Below are positions 1-10,313 of a DNA stretch of 64,000 nt, one piece after another. Origin of the DNA: an uncultured Gammaproteobacteria bacterium (GTDB taxonomy: Bacteria > Patescibacteriota > Microgenomatia > UBA10105 > UBA927); assembly GCA_964629685.1 (NCBI GenBank), contig CAZVTT010000001.1, forward strand, positions 769,319 through 833,318, given 5' to 3'. The notes under the pieces are model-generated. The model was given only the letters and a program-made list of their open reading frames with translations. It was not told where the DNA came from and did no database searches. Each line of letters opens with the position of its first letter. Within the stretch, counting starts at the first letter, position 1. The translations under genes and the position numbers were made by a program.

Positions 1-258
1 AATCCGGCAGGCTTAGACGCAATACCTGGCACGGATGATGAAGCTGTTATTCTTCCGTATGAAGGGCAACTACTTCATGTCAGAACGAAAACTCAGAACA
101 GTAGATTTTTAGTAATATCGGAAATGCATAACCCTATCTGGTCTGTTACCATAGACGGGAACCCTGCCACCATTTACCGGACAAATTATGCATTTATGGG
201 AATAGTAGTACCGGCTGGAGTGCATGATGTACGTATTCGTCCGAAGCCAGGAATATGA
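1..258 (+). CDS. YfhO-family membrane protein, C-terminal fragment (runs off the left edge; not in the ORF track)
   Basis: Frame 1 is open from base 1 to TGA at 256-258: ...FLVISEMHNPIWSVTIDGNPATIYRTNYAFMGIVVPAGVHDVRI. This matches the C-terminus of the YfhO protein at 7944-10313 (FMVFSDSYDPGWIATIDS..IHKTNYTFRGLYVPEGKHQI). ATGA overlap with the next gene. Confidence 0.85.
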   Translation, partial: NPAGLDAIPGTDDEAVILPYEGQLLHVRTKTQNSRFLVISEMHNPIWSVTIDGNPATIYRTNYAFMGIVVPAGVHDVRIRPKPGI

Positions 259-1166
259 ATAAAAAACAAACGGTTTCCATAATAATTCCCAACCACAACG
301 GCATTTCGTTGTTACGGCAATTCTTACCGAAAGTCATAGACGTAGCGGACGGTGCAGAGATCATTGTTGTAGATGATAATTCCACGGATGATTCCGTTTC
401 CTGGATGAAGCAAATTGGTACCCGCATAACCGTTATAGAAAAGAAAGAACATACAGGTTTTGCTTCTACGGTAAACACAGGTGTAACAGCTGCCAAGGGG
501 GATATAGTGTATTTGTTAAATACGGATGTCGTACCGGAAAAAGGTTTTTTGTCCCCATTGCTGACCGTACTGGAGGATGAGCAGGTATTCGCGGTCGGCA
601 GTCTGGAAAAAAGCCATGAAAAGGAAGGTATCGTTACTCGTGGCAGGGGTAAGGCTAAATGGACAAAAGGGTTTTTTATTCACCGGAAAGGTGAATCGGA
701 TTTGCGGGATACTGCCTGGGTATCAGGAGGAAGCGCAGCATTCAGAAAGTCGTTATGGGTAAAATTCGGCGGAATGGACGAATTATACAATCCGTTTTAC
801 TGGGAAGATATCGATTTGTCATACAGGGCGTTAAAGAACGGATACAAAATCAGGTTTGAGCCAACCAGTATAGTACATCATTACCATGATAAGGGAAGTA
901 TAAAACGGGAGTTTTCTCCTGAATATGTAAAACTGGTGGCATACCGGAATCAGTTTATTTTTATCTGGAAGAATTTATCTGACGCAGGTATTTTCCGGGA
1001 TCATTTCCTTTGGCTTCCTGTCCGCTTGTTTCAGGCATTATTTCGGTTCGATTGGCGGTTCACTGCCGGCTTATTTTGGGCGGTACTTCTGCTTCCCGCA
1101 ATTATTCACTCGCGGCACTTACAGCAGCAATTCTGGCGTATTCCCGATCGGGAAATTCCCTTATAA
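255..1166 (+). CDS. GT2 glycosyltransferase, WbbL/rhamnosyltransferase-like
   Basis: SIIIPNHNG, VVDDNSTD, GFASTVNTG, LLNTD, WVSGG, YWEDIDLSYRA motifs. Confidence 0.9.
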   Translation: MNKKQTVSIIIPNHNGISLLRQFLPKVIDVADGAEIIVVDDNSTDDSVSWMKQIGTRITVIEKKEHTGFASTVNTGVTAAKGDIVYLLNTDVVPEKGFLSPLLTVLEDEQVFAVGSLEKSHEKEGIVTRGRGKAKWTKGFFIHRKGESDLRDTAWVSGGSAAFRKSLWVKFGGMDELYNPFYWEDIDLSYRALKNGYKIRFEPTSIVHHYHDKGSIKREFSPEYVKLVAYRNQFIFIWKNLSDAGIFRDHFLWLPVRLFQALFRFDWRFTAGLFWAVLLLPAIIHSRHLQQQFWRIPDREIPL

Positions 1167-1931
1167 CGTATCGAGAAAGTCTACCAGCAAAGTGTTAAAG
1201 GTAGCAGGTTGCTCCATATTCACCAAATGTCCCGCATCCGTAATCTCTTCCGTACGTGAGAGTTCAATACGTCTCTCCAGAATTTTCGCAACATCCTGGA
1301 AATACGTTAGATCATTTGTTCCTTTAATGATTAGCGTCGGTACGGCAATTTCCGTAATCCGATCAATGGCTTTAGGAAATAATTTTTTCCGGAAATCTCC
1401 GTCTATCCAGTGCGAGCCGGAATAATCGTGTACCATTTGTTGGAGTTGCTCATAGGCTTCCTGGTGTTTTCTGGTTTCGCTAAATACCTCATGAGTCAGC
1501 CAGTAATGTTTGGCGTTCGGAATTCCTTCTTCTCTGGCATGTACATTCCAGCTGACGGTGCTGGCATATCCGCCTAACGATGAATTTACCAGTGTCAGCG
1601 ATCTTATGAATTCAGGATGGGTGAGGGTCGTATCTATGGCTATTTCGCCACCCAGCGATAATCCTACAAGGTGTGTGCGCGTGATTCCCAAATGATCCAA
1701 TAACCGCGCTAAGTCATCGTGATGCGCATACGGTGATCCGGGAATGGAGGATTTACCGAATCCCCGTAAATCGTACGTGAGTACCTGAAATTGTTGGGCA
1801 AAGTAGGTTATTTGCGGTTGCCATAATCTATGATCCATGCCGAACCCGTGCACAAAAGTCAACGTTTCTCCTTTTCCTTCAAGCTGATAGTGTAAAACTC
1901 CGCGGGAAACTTCGCATGTGCCGTTAGACAT
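1161..1931 (-). CDS. alpha/beta hydrolase
   Basis: FVHGFG oxyanion motif, YDLRGFGKS, GLSLGG nucleophile elbow, AGHLVNME catalytic His. Confidence 0.9.
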   Translation of the reverse strand: MSNGTCEVSRGVLHYQLEGKGETLTFVHGFGMDHRLWQPQITYFAQQFQVLTYDLRGFGKSSIPGSPYAHHDDLARLLDHLGITRTHLVGLSLGGEIAIDTTLTHPEFIRSLTLVNSSLGGYASTVSWNVHAREEGIPNAKHYWLTHEVFSETRKHQEAYEQLQQMVHDYSGSHWIDGDFRKKLFPKAIDRITEIAVPTLIIKGTNDLTYFQDVAKILERRIELSRTEEITDAGHLVNMEQPATFNTLLVDFLDTL

Positions 1932-2040
1932 AGCCGTAGTGTACAGTTGTCTCGGTCATTTGCCAACGTGTACGAAATGGGACTAGTCCGGGCGGCTTTA
2001 TCTGGGTACAATGTATTGTTGTAAATACGGAATCATTATT

Positions 2041-2907
2041 ATGAAATGTTATCTTTGTTCTTCTCCAATGCAACCGTTTCTAAATAAAAACGGTTTCCGG
2101 ATATATCGTTGTCGGGAGTGCACCTTGGCACAAACCGATTTGCGTCAGAATTATGACGAGTTTGTTGAAGAACATTATGCGAAAGGGTATTTTACCGGTG
2201 ACGCAACTAAAGTTGCATATGTGGATTATAAAGATGATAAGGCTATGATTGTAAGAAATATGCGGAAATTTCTTCAGCGTATTGAGCAGGTTAAGCCGAA
2301 CGGAAAGTTGTTGGATGTGGGATGTGCACTAGGGTTTTTTGTAGAGTTAGCGCTTTCTAAAAATTTTGATGCGTATGGATTTGACCCTTCAGATTATGCC
2401 GTTACCGAAGCCCGGGCGTTAGTTGGGGATGACCGTATTCAGAAATATACGATCCACACTGCCAAGTATGCTTCCGGGCAATTTGACGTCATCACTTTAT
2501 TTGACGTGTTTGAACATTTGGCTGATCCGGCAAGGGATCTACGGCAGTTGTACAAATTATTAAAACCGGACGGCATTTTGATTCTGGCAACGGGGGATAC
2601 GAATAGCTGGCTTGCGAAAATATTAAAAAAACGCTGGACATTTTATATTCCGCCGCAGCATTTGTTTTTTTTCAACCAGCAAACGCTTTCGTCGCTACTT
2701 GAACGGGAGAAATTCATACCCACACAATGGTTCCGTATAGGAAAATGGTTGAGTTTACGGTATGTGCTGCATTTAGCAGGAACAACAGGACAAAGCGGGT
2801 TGGGTAAATATTTGTATCAAAAGGTTAAATCGAATTGGTTGGGGAAAATTCCGCTCTGGTTGCCTGTGCAGGATAATATGGTAGTAGTTGCGCAAAAAAG
2901 GAAATAG
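2041..2907 (+). CDS. class I SAM-dependent methyltransferase with N-terminal Zn-ribbon
   Basis: CYLC...CREC, LLDVGCALG, FDVITLFDVFEHL, PPQHLFFF; ATG at 2041 preferred over 2011. Confidence 0.88.
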   Translation: MKCYLCSSPMQPFLNKNGFRIYRCRECTLAQTDLRQNYDEFVEEHYAKGYFTGDATKVAYVDYKDDKAMIVRNMRKFLQRIEQVKPNGKLLDVGCALGFFVELALSKNFDAYGFDPSDYAVTEARALVGDDRIQKYTIHTAKYASGQFDVITLFDVFEHLADPARDLRQLYKLLKPDGILILATGDTNSWLAKILKKRWTFYIPPQHLFFFNQQTLSSLLEREKFIPTQWFRIGKWLSLRYVLHLAGTTGQSGLGKYLYQKVKSNWLGKIPLWLPVQDNMVVVAQKRK

Positions 2908-2943
2908 TCGTTAATTTGAAGCAATATCCTGTATTGTCTGTGT

Positions 2944-4638
2944 CTACTTCGTGCGGTGCAGGATTTGAAACACGGCGCTGTTATCACTTCGTTGTATGAT
3001 TTTATCATAGGTAATGAGCGGGCTGTCCACGCGTGTGCATGTTCCGGCGTTTACATACAGAATATTCGTTTCGCCCACTAGTTGTGTTTTTACTTTTCCT
3101 GTTGGTTCGGAAACGGTATCCATACGTACCGGACAATCATCCGTGGTAAAGGTGTAAGGTCCGAAGGATACCCGATCAAAATCGTTGGTAGCTAGTTGGG
3201 CTGTCTCACGTTGGAATAAAGCAGGATCATATTTCAGATAAAATAACATGAATATTGTGGGTGCGGATTCGCGGTTAGTGATTACCGCCCTATTATATTT
3301 TAGGATTTCCGGATTGATGGATTTGACTAACTCTGCGTATCCTTCCATCCTATACCATGGTTTATGCACCACCTGGTGGATGTAATACTGATGCAGGTAT
3401 TGAGTAAAACCAAATAAACATATAAGTAGCGTACCGGTAAGCAGAATACGTCTTTTTCCGGGCGATATCCGTTTTATGGTTTCCCATAGAGTGCTAATCC
3501 CGAGTGCAGTGCCGATTACGATGGGAATGATCATCACCACTGTCCGTTGCAGGTTCGGAATATCATCAAATGTCAGCGCGCTTCCGATAGGGGCCAGTAG
3601 TAACCAGCCGAATATTACATTTGTATCGGGCGATTTATTTTTGAGTAGGGTGATGAGTCCCAGGAGGATAAGCGGTAGTTCAAAAATATAGAGCAGGCCG
3701 GCACCGGGCACCCTGTATCGGTCGGGAAAACCAGCATCCGTAAAAAGGAATTTATAGGTAAAGTGATCAAAATAATTTTGGATTACCGCTTGCCCATAGC
3801 CTATTAGTTTGTTATGAAAAAGCCGGGAAACAATCGGTTGTATTTTCATTACACCGTCTTCGCGGATGGCTTCGTCGAGCATCAGCTGTGTGCCCTGTGA
3901 CGCGAACACACTTACCGTTTGGATGCGTAGTCCCAAGTTGGGCATTTTAAAAATAATGACGACCGGAATTACGATACACAACGTGTAAAGCAACCAGGTT
4001 TTGCTATGTATTCGTTTTTTTTCAGGAAAGTTCCAGAGCAATACCGGAAGAAAAAGAGGCAAAAATATGCGGGGTGCTTGGTACATAGTCAGAGTTATGC
4101 CAAAACTGGCAAATGCCAATAGTACTAGTGAAATTCGTTTTGAACTAAGACCGCGTCGGTACAACCAGACTCCCAGCAGAATAAAAAATAATACCGGTAT
4201 ATGTTCGGTTGCCGTACGCGAAAGGTTTATGTGCCATGGAGAAACCGCCAACAGAAATGCACCCAGTATTCCTACCGCCTTCCGGTGCTGCAGGGTAGAA
4301 AATTGGAATACGATTAATGCGACAAGCAAAATGCTTAAGGACCCGAATAATGCTGAGGCAAATCGAACGGAATACGCGGATAATCCGAACACCGCGATGA
4401 AAGGAATAGAAAGATATGAGTAGCCACCGGGACTATACAGGAAAGACCGGAAATGCAAAGGAAGGCGCGCCCCGGTCATATCGTTTCCGGTTTTGAGCAG
4501 TGAATAGGCATTGTAGCCCAAAAACGCTTCATCTCTATGCAGACCCGCGGGGATATGACCCAGCTCATGAAAACGGATAACGCCACCCAGGAGTATGGCA
4601 ACAGCAAGTAAAATAATGCCGATATTAATTCGTTTCAT
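2944..4638 (-). CDS. ArnT/PMT-like (GT83/GT39-type) GT-C membrane glycosyltransferase
   Basis: GLHRDEAFLGYNAYSLLKTG first-loop DE motif, SPWHINLSR, many TM segments, soluble C-terminal domain. Confidence 0.85.
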   Translation of the reverse strand: MKRINIGIILLAVAILLGGVIRFHELGHIPAGLHRDEAFLGYNAYSLLKTGNDMTGARLPLHFRSFLYSPGGYSYLSIPFIAVFGLSAYSVRFASALFGSLSILLVALIVFQFSTLQHRKAVGILGAFLLAVSPWHINLSRTATEHIPVLFFILLGVWLYRRGLSSKRISLVLLAFASFGITLTMYQAPRIFLPLFLPVLLWNFPEKKRIHSKTWLLYTLCIVIPVVIIFKMPNLGLRIQTVSVFASQGTQLMLDEAIREDGVMKIQPIVSRLFHNKLIGYGQAVIQNYFDHFTYKFLFTDAGFPDRYRVPGAGLLYIFELPLILLGLITLLKNKSPDTNVIFGWLLLAPIGSALTFDDIPNLQRTVVMIIPIVIGTALGISTLWETIKRISPGKRRILLTGTLLICLFGFTQYLHQYYIHQVVHKPWYRMEGYAELVKSINPEILKYNRAVITNRESAPTIFMLFYLKYDPALFQRETAQLATNDFDRVSFGPYTFTTDDCPVRMDTVSEPTGKVKTQLVGETNILYVNAGTCTRVDSPLITYDKIIQRSDNSAVFQILHRTK

Positions 4639-6265
4639 GAACACGTAATGTTTTAATAATTCCGATTCCCAATATCATACACCATGCTCCGATAGAAAAA
4701 ACAGAAATGAGGTTGGTAGCCGTCCGGAATTTAGTTTCCCCAAATTTTATGCTAACGGAATATTCACCCGATGATAAGGGAAATGTAATTAACCCTCTGG
4801 CTGCAGGATCCTGAAATTCAATAGGTACCGGAATACCGTTTGCCGTAACAGTCCAACCGGGATAATAGAGTGTTGATTCGACGAGTTTTGACGGTAAAGT
4901 GGTATGTATGGAATACCGGTGTTCTATCGTCGAACGATAAAGTTCTCGTATTTCCGAATTTCCTTCAACTACCTGCAGCGCATGTTCGGGGGGTGCTGCG
5001 GGGTTTCCTGCACTCCATACCGTAGAAGACTGTCCGTGAAAATCAGTTGGCCCGTTATATGATTTGTAATACTCATCCGAATGCGTAATGACTTCGGGTA
5101 TTGCGGTAGCCATCGGTAAGGAAAATAAACATACGAGTGGTAATAGACACAGTATTACGGTTCGGCGTCCGAACTTTGGCAGGGAGAGCGTAATTGCGCA
5201 GGCAGCCGCGAATGAGGCAAGTGCCATCATCCTCCAAGGAAACTGTAGTTTTTGTAACATAGGTAATGCTCTCCATATGGATGAGGAGCTTGAAATCATC
5301 ATAAACAACGCGATTGTGGTTATTCCCAGGAAAAAAAGTATTCGTTTCGAATGAGCGGTGCGGTGATTAAAATAAAAGACGGAGAGTATCAGCAATAATA
5401 CTGGTAGTATTCCTAATTGCGGCGACAGGCCTTGCGGATCTGCGACAGCGGCGCCATTTCCCCATGTTGACCAGATGAGCTGTATTGGCGTAACAAAATT
5501 TTGTTTATACATGTCACCGATAAATAGAGCAGCATGAGTATATTTCTGTTCCGTGAGGGCCGGGAGCCAAAACCAAGAAGCAAGTGCTAATCCAAATAAT
5601 ACCGCAGTAAAATTTCCGAATCCTTTTTTTCCTGTCCCGGCAGATACAGCCGTATAAAGGATTATGACCGGCAAAAAAATAAGACTTATTCCGTTATGCG
5701 CCAGAATCAGTAGTGCTGTTGTTCCCGACAGGGCTGAGAATGAGAAGGCGGATATTCGCTTCGAGTTTCGGTCTGCACTCAGGAAAATTAATGGTATTAC
5801 GGCCAGTGCCACCAATTCTCCGATATCACCGCGGATATACAGGTTCAGGAAATGGTAGGGTAGTAATCCATAAATTAATGCCCCTAAAAATGCGTACTCG
5901 TCAGCGACATGCTGCTTCATCCACCAGAAAAAATGTAATCCTGCCAATATAAAACTTACCGAGATAAGTATCTTAAATCTGTTTTCATACGATAATCCCA
6001 GTGGGGAAATTGCGGCTGATAAATATCCCGGTAGAGGATAGAAAAAATTAAACACCGGAGAGCCAAACCTGTAATTTAAATCTCCTGCCCATCGGGGAGG
6101 AATGTGGCGGTCGGCAAATGCTTTATCATAGGCAGCAAAGCGGGCAATATTTACTTCACCGTCATGTGATTTCGGTATACCCGGATTAAGCATCGGCACG
6201 GTAAACGCTCCGAGTATTATGAGCAGGATTATGCACCAGTGACGGGTTTGAGGTGGTCGACCCAT
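4625..6265 (-). CDS. PTPS-related/YfhO-like GT-C membrane protein
   Basis: SHDGEVNIAR, PRWAGDLNYRFGSP, YIRGDIGE, QFPWR, C-terminal YYPGW..G domain plus terminal TM. Confidence 0.8.
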   Translation of the reverse strand: MGRPPQTRHWCIILLIILGAFTVPMLNPGIPKSHDGEVNIARFAAYDKAFADRHIPPRWAGDLNYRFGSPVFNFFYPLPGYLSAAISPLGLSYENRFKILISVSFILAGLHFFWWMKQHVADEYAFLGALIYGLLPYHFLNLYIRGDIGELVALAVIPLIFLSADRNSKRISAFSFSALSGTTALLILAHNGISLIFLPVIILYTAVSAGTGKKGFGNFTAVLFGLALASWFWLPALTEQKYTHAALFIGDMYKQNFVTPIQLIWSTWGNGAAVADPQGLSPQLGILPVLLLILSVFYFNHRTAHSKRILFFLGITTIALFMMISSSSSIWRALPMLQKLQFPWRMMALASFAAACAITLSLPKFGRRTVILCLLPLVCLFSLPMATAIPEVITHSDEYYKSYNGPTDFHGQSSTVWSAGNPAAPPEHALQVVEGNSEIRELYRSTIEHRYSIHTTLPSKLVESTLYYPGWTVTANGIPVPIEFQDPAARGLITFPLSSGEYSVSIKFGETKFRTATNLISVFSIGAWCMILGIGIIKTLRVHETN

Positions 6266-6268
6266 ACC

Positions 6269-7951
6269 TTACGGGCGGGAATTTACGAGCACAAATGCTA
6301 TATCCTCAACCGGATATTGAACTATGGTTTGCTTTACGGCGAATACAACCGGCTTTCTGGGGTAGTATACGGTTTTAAGCGGTGTAACATCCTTAGGTTT
6401 ATTATCCGGTGTAGTAACCAGTAACGTCCGTGGTTGTTTCATGTCGTGGTCCCAGTCAATTGCTCTGAATTCAAATTGATTAAATTTTAAAACCGGAATA
6501 AATCCTTCCTCATCCGCGTTTCCTCTCAAAACCGTGTCCTGAAATGATGCCGGTGGAACATGCAGGTAAAACAGTACTGAAGTATAGGGAATTCCTGCCG
6601 CCGGGTCTATGATAACCTTGTCGTACTCAATGCTACTGGTAAGAAGAAAGGCTGCTAAAGCAGGGTCTTCGGCTCGCCAAGCAGGTGCATACACTACCGG
6701 AAATCTGATGGTGTAAGACATGAAATAGTGAATACCGCTAAGCGTGAATAGTATTAATGTTATAAGTGATAAACCGACTTTAATCATTTTCGGACTCCTA
6801 CGGACATACGAAAGGAGTGTCTCATAGCCGGTTGCAAGCACGACCGTAAGCGGAAATAGCAAGAAATAACTTCTGGTCGCGTGCGGTGCTTCGCGGGTTA
6901 AGCTGGCGACACCAACGGTAATAACCGCCCAACCGGAAAGATAGATCATCCAGGATTCTCTCTTTCTCGTCCAAACCCATAGCCCTATCAACATGATTGC
7001 TATTTCGAATAAATAGAATTGTCCGGTAGTAGAAATTCCATGGTTGCCATGTGTTGATCCGGTTATAAAAAAGAAAGGCACAGACAAATAATTCGCGACA
7101 TTTTTAGAAAATTGCATACCATTCAACAGATATGAATTAAAAAAGAGTTGCGGAATTGGTTTAGGAAGCGTGTTAGCAAAACTTCTCAATTCTATTAACG
7201 GTGCTTGCACGACCGCACTTGAGGTTAGCAGCGTTCCTTGTGCGGAAGTTACTCCCCCCAATGACCGGAACGACAATACGAATGGCAGCAAGAGGATTAA
7301 CGTCGGTAATATTGCGATGAGTAATTCACCTTTTCCCGGTGTTTTTTGATTTCGTTTTAGGAATATAAAAGAAAAAACTGCCAGCAACGGAGCCAACATT
7401 CTGGTCAGATTATACGTATATAGTCCCAATACAAAACACAGCAGACTAATACATAACCACCCGCGCTTGTGCTCAAAGGCTTTCATCATTGCCCATGAAC
7501 CTGTCATCAATAAAAATAATCCGATACTGACCTCGAAGGTAGCTCTACTATAATGTATATGCCAGGGATTTACTGTCAGTATTGCAGCCGCAATCAGACC
7601 TGTGTTTTTTTTCTTTGTGAGTTTAGTGACCAATACATACATGAGTATGACGGTAAGCACCCCAAATAATGCGGAAGGGAAGCGTACTGCAAATGGGGTT
7701 AGACCGAATAGCTTTATTGAAATCGCTGCGGTATATATGTATACCGGTAATTTCTGGTCACCGAATGATGTAAAGTAGAGCGGAAAAGAAACGCCGTGCT
7801 CGTCTTTTCCGGTTTCCAGAATGGAATATGCGTTATATCCGATGGCAGTTTCGTCCTGATAGAGTCCGTTAGGAATTGTTCCCAGAGCGTAAAATCGAAT
7901 ACAGGCAGCTATAAAAACCACCAATCCCAATACCCAGAAGTGTTTATTCAT
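6269..7951 (-). CDS. ArnT/PMT-like GT-C membrane glycosyltransferase
   Basis: GLYQDETAIGYNAYSILETGKDEHG, NPWHIHYSR, PHATR; MNKH start at 7951 preferred. Confidence 0.85.
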   Translation of the reverse strand: MNKHFWVLGLVVFIAACIRFYALGTIPNGLYQDETAIGYNAYSILETGKDEHGVSFPLYFTSFGDQKLPVYIYTAAISIKLFGLTPFAVRFPSALFGVLTVILMYVLVTKLTKKKNTGLIAAAILTVNPWHIHYSRATFEVSIGLFLLMTGSWAMMKAFEHKRGWLCISLLCFVLGLYTYNLTRMLAPLLAVFSFIFLKRNQKTPGKGELLIAILPTLILLLPFVLSFRSLGGVTSAQGTLLTSSAVVQAPLIELRSFANTLPKPIPQLFFNSYLLNGMQFSKNVANYLSVPFFFITGSTHGNHGISTTGQFYLFEIAIMLIGLWVWTRKRESWMIYLSGWAVITVGVASLTREAPHATRSYFLLFPLTVVLATGYETLLSYVRRSPKMIKVGLSLITLILFTLSGIHYFMSYTIRFPVVYAPAWRAEDPALAAFLLTSSIEYDKVIIDPAAGIPYTSVLFYLHVPPASFQDTVLRGNADEEGFIPVLKFNQFEFRAIDWDHDMKQPRTLLVTTPDNKPKDVTPLKTVYYPRKPVVFAVKQTIVQYPVEDIAFVLVNSRP

Positions 7952-10313
7952 GATGCCGTCGTTTCCCGATTGCATATATATAATAACCGTATGCTAGTAA
8001 CCCTAATACACTGATCATAGACAGTTTGAGTCCCATATAAAAGGACACCGGTCTATATTCAAATTGTATCTGGTGTTTTCCTTCCGGAACATATAATCCT
8101 CTGAATGTGTAATTGGTTTTATGTATCGGTACACTCTCCGAATCTATTGTGGCAATCCATCCCGGGTCATACGAATCTGAAAATACCATAAATTTATTGC
8201 CGGTGCTTTGAGTTTGAATCGTGACTTTATTCGGTGAATACATGCTAATCGATGCCGAATCCGCTGCGTCATAAGGTGATAATTCCGTAACTTCCGGATG
8301 CTCTACCAACGCAGTTGTTAAAGGGTTAAACTCATCACTGAAAAATATTTTTTCGAATTCTTCCTTATTCGTGTACGGTTGAATTGTAGAAACAAATTGA
8401 ACCCGAGGAACACTCTTCCGAAACTGATATATACGCCAACCATCCTGGTCATAAACTTGCGAAAATTGAGATGGCGGGTAGCTGGTTTGATCCGTTCCGT
8501 TTTCTATCCGGTCCAGAATATATCCGGTACCGGTTATGGCGAGAATTTTAAGCCGGGCGGCATTTTCTGCAATGTCGGTATTTCCGAATCCCGGAGCTAT
8601 TCGGGCATCGGAACGGGTAGCAGTGTCAAAATTCCGCAAAAGAATTCCGTTGCGGGAAGCACCTAACAATTCACCGTATGATCGCGGATAAAGGGGATCG
8701 TACCCTTCTGCAGAATAGAGTCGGAATGCAGTTGCAAAGTTGGCTTCTATCCCTGCAGAGCCATAACCCCAAAATCGTTCGTACCCCGCCTTATCTTTCA
8801 GCCAGTTTATGACGGCAGTAGGCGGATAAATATATGATGCGGGAACAAAAGGGTTAAATTTTTGTCCGAAATACCATAAGTCGGTTGCTTGAATACATAT
8901 AAGAACCGTCGCAATTATCCATGTTTTTTTTATAAATCGGGGTAGAATAAATACCGAAAGCATGAGTAGAGTAAATACACCCGCAGAAAAAATCCACATG
9001 CTTTTTACGATAGCAATATATTTAGTTATGCCCAAGGCAAAAATTAATCCTAAAATAATTATAAATATCACGGATGAATACAGGGGTTTTTCCTTAGGTT
9101 TCCGTATCCATGTATCAAATCCGTGAGCTCCTAAGACCGCCAGTGCGAAGCTTAGCAAAAAAATCATATTTGCCGGGGAACTGGTAGATATTAACGGTAT
9201 GGGGATACGGTAGAGCCATTCGCTAAAGGGTGTGCGGATTACAAGTAATAATAAAATTATGGCCATGCCGCCGAAAAATTTGGTGTTTCCCGATTGCTTA
9301 TTATTTCTTAACGCCAGATGTACAAAAAATAAACAAATCAGACCCACATACATGGCTTTACCGGGATAAGATCCCGGATCGGTGTAATTTCTGGTGGCCG
9401 GATTACCGAATATATCCGGAGAAAAAAGCATAAAAATTTGCTTTGGCTGGATTAAAAGGTTTTCTATCAGGAAGTTGTACGGTTGATTGACCCGAGCAGA
9501 TTCGCCCAGTAACGTAACTGTCGGGATTAACTGAAAAGAAATCAAACCCAACCCGATTGTCGTTAAGAGTATCTGCCTGATCAATACGGTTTTGGAATTT
9601 CTGAGTGTAACTGCCATATATCCCAGAATTGCAGTCAAAGATACGACAAAAATTTGTAAATGTCCTGCAAGTCCGGACATAGTTAACGCGGTAATATAAA
9701 CGATAGACCAGCGGACACTCGATTTTTCCTTTAGTCGGATTATTGCCGTAAACGCGAGCGGCAGCCACATGAATACATGGCCAATCGTGTTGTATTCTAA
9801 GAAGACGGTCATAAATAACGAAAGACCGAATGCGACAGCACCGAACACGGCACTAACGCGGGTAAGTGCTTGTGATCGAAGAAACATATACGTAAATAGC
9901 ATGGCTAACGCCGGTTGGGCTATAACCAAAATTGTCCAGGCAATAACCGTGGGGAATAAAATATACAGCAGGTGAAATGGGTAAAATACGGCAGATTGTG
10001 AATTTGCATGGAGCGGACTTCCCGAGAAATTATAAGGATTCCACAGCGGTATATTCCCCGACTTCCAGATGTCTGCAGCAAGTGCATGCCATGGGTATAT
10101 CTGTCGTACGGTATCGAAATATTGGGCTTTATTCGGAATTGAACCTGCTGTATAGCCATTATAAGAATATGACTGCCATGGTTTATATTCTGAAAGTAAG
10201 ATATCTCCCGGGAAGGGAATTAATCCCAGGAAAATACTTTTATAAAAGTAGGCAGCGCAAACAACTATAAACGTGCATATCGGAAGCCAGCGGATAAGTA
10301 CTTTAAGCTGCAT
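7944..10313 (-). CDS. YfhO-family GT-C membrane protein
   Basis: PLWNPYNFSGSPLHANSQSAVFYP, AGHLQ, EGYDPL, SYDPGW..TNYTFRGLYVPEGKH motifs. Confidence 0.88.
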   Translation of the reverse strand: MQLKVLIRWLPICTFIVVCAAYFYKSIFLGLIPFPGDILLSEYKPWQSYSYNGYTAGSIPNKAQYFDTVRQIYPWHALAADIWKSGNIPLWNPYNFSGSPLHANSQSAVFYPFHLLYILFPTVIAWTILVIAQPALAMLFTYMFLRSQALTRVSAVFGAVAFGLSLFMTVFLEYNTIGHVFMWLPLAFTAIIRLKEKSSVRWSIVYITALTMSGLAGHLQIFVVSLTAILGYMAVTLRNSKTVLIRQILLTTIGLGLISFQLIPTVTLLGESARVNQPYNFLIENLLIQPKQIFMLFSPDIFGNPATRNYTDPGSYPGKAMYVGLICLFFVHLALRNNKQSGNTKFFGGMAIILLLLVIRTPFSEWLYRIPIPLISTSSPANMIFLLSFALAVLGAHGFDTWIRKPKEKPLYSSVIFIIILGLIFALGITKYIAIVKSMWIFSAGVFTLLMLSVFILPRFIKKTWIIATVLICIQATDLWYFGQKFNPFVPASYIYPPTAVINWLKDKAGYERFWGYGSAGIEANFATAFRLYSAEGYDPLYPRSYGELLGASRNGILLRNFDTATRSDARIAPGFGNTDIAENAARLKILAITGTGYILDRIENGTDQTSYPPSQFSQVYDQDGWRIYQFRKSVPRVQFVSTIQPYTNKEEFEKIFFSDEFNPLTTALVEHPEVTELSPYDAADSASISMYSPNKVTIQTQSTGNKFMVFSDSYDPGWIATIDSESVPIHKTNYTFRGLYVPEGKHQIQFEYRPVSFYMGLKLSMISVLGLLAYGYYIYAIGKRRHHE

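Noticed and set aside
7604-7613. Homopolymer A/T tracts as phase-variation sites (e.g. near 7604, 23931, 33120)
   Set aside because: Runs of 7-9 A/T are expected in Lys/Phe-rich AT-leaning genes, and all ORFs are in frame; no long poly-G/C tracts seen
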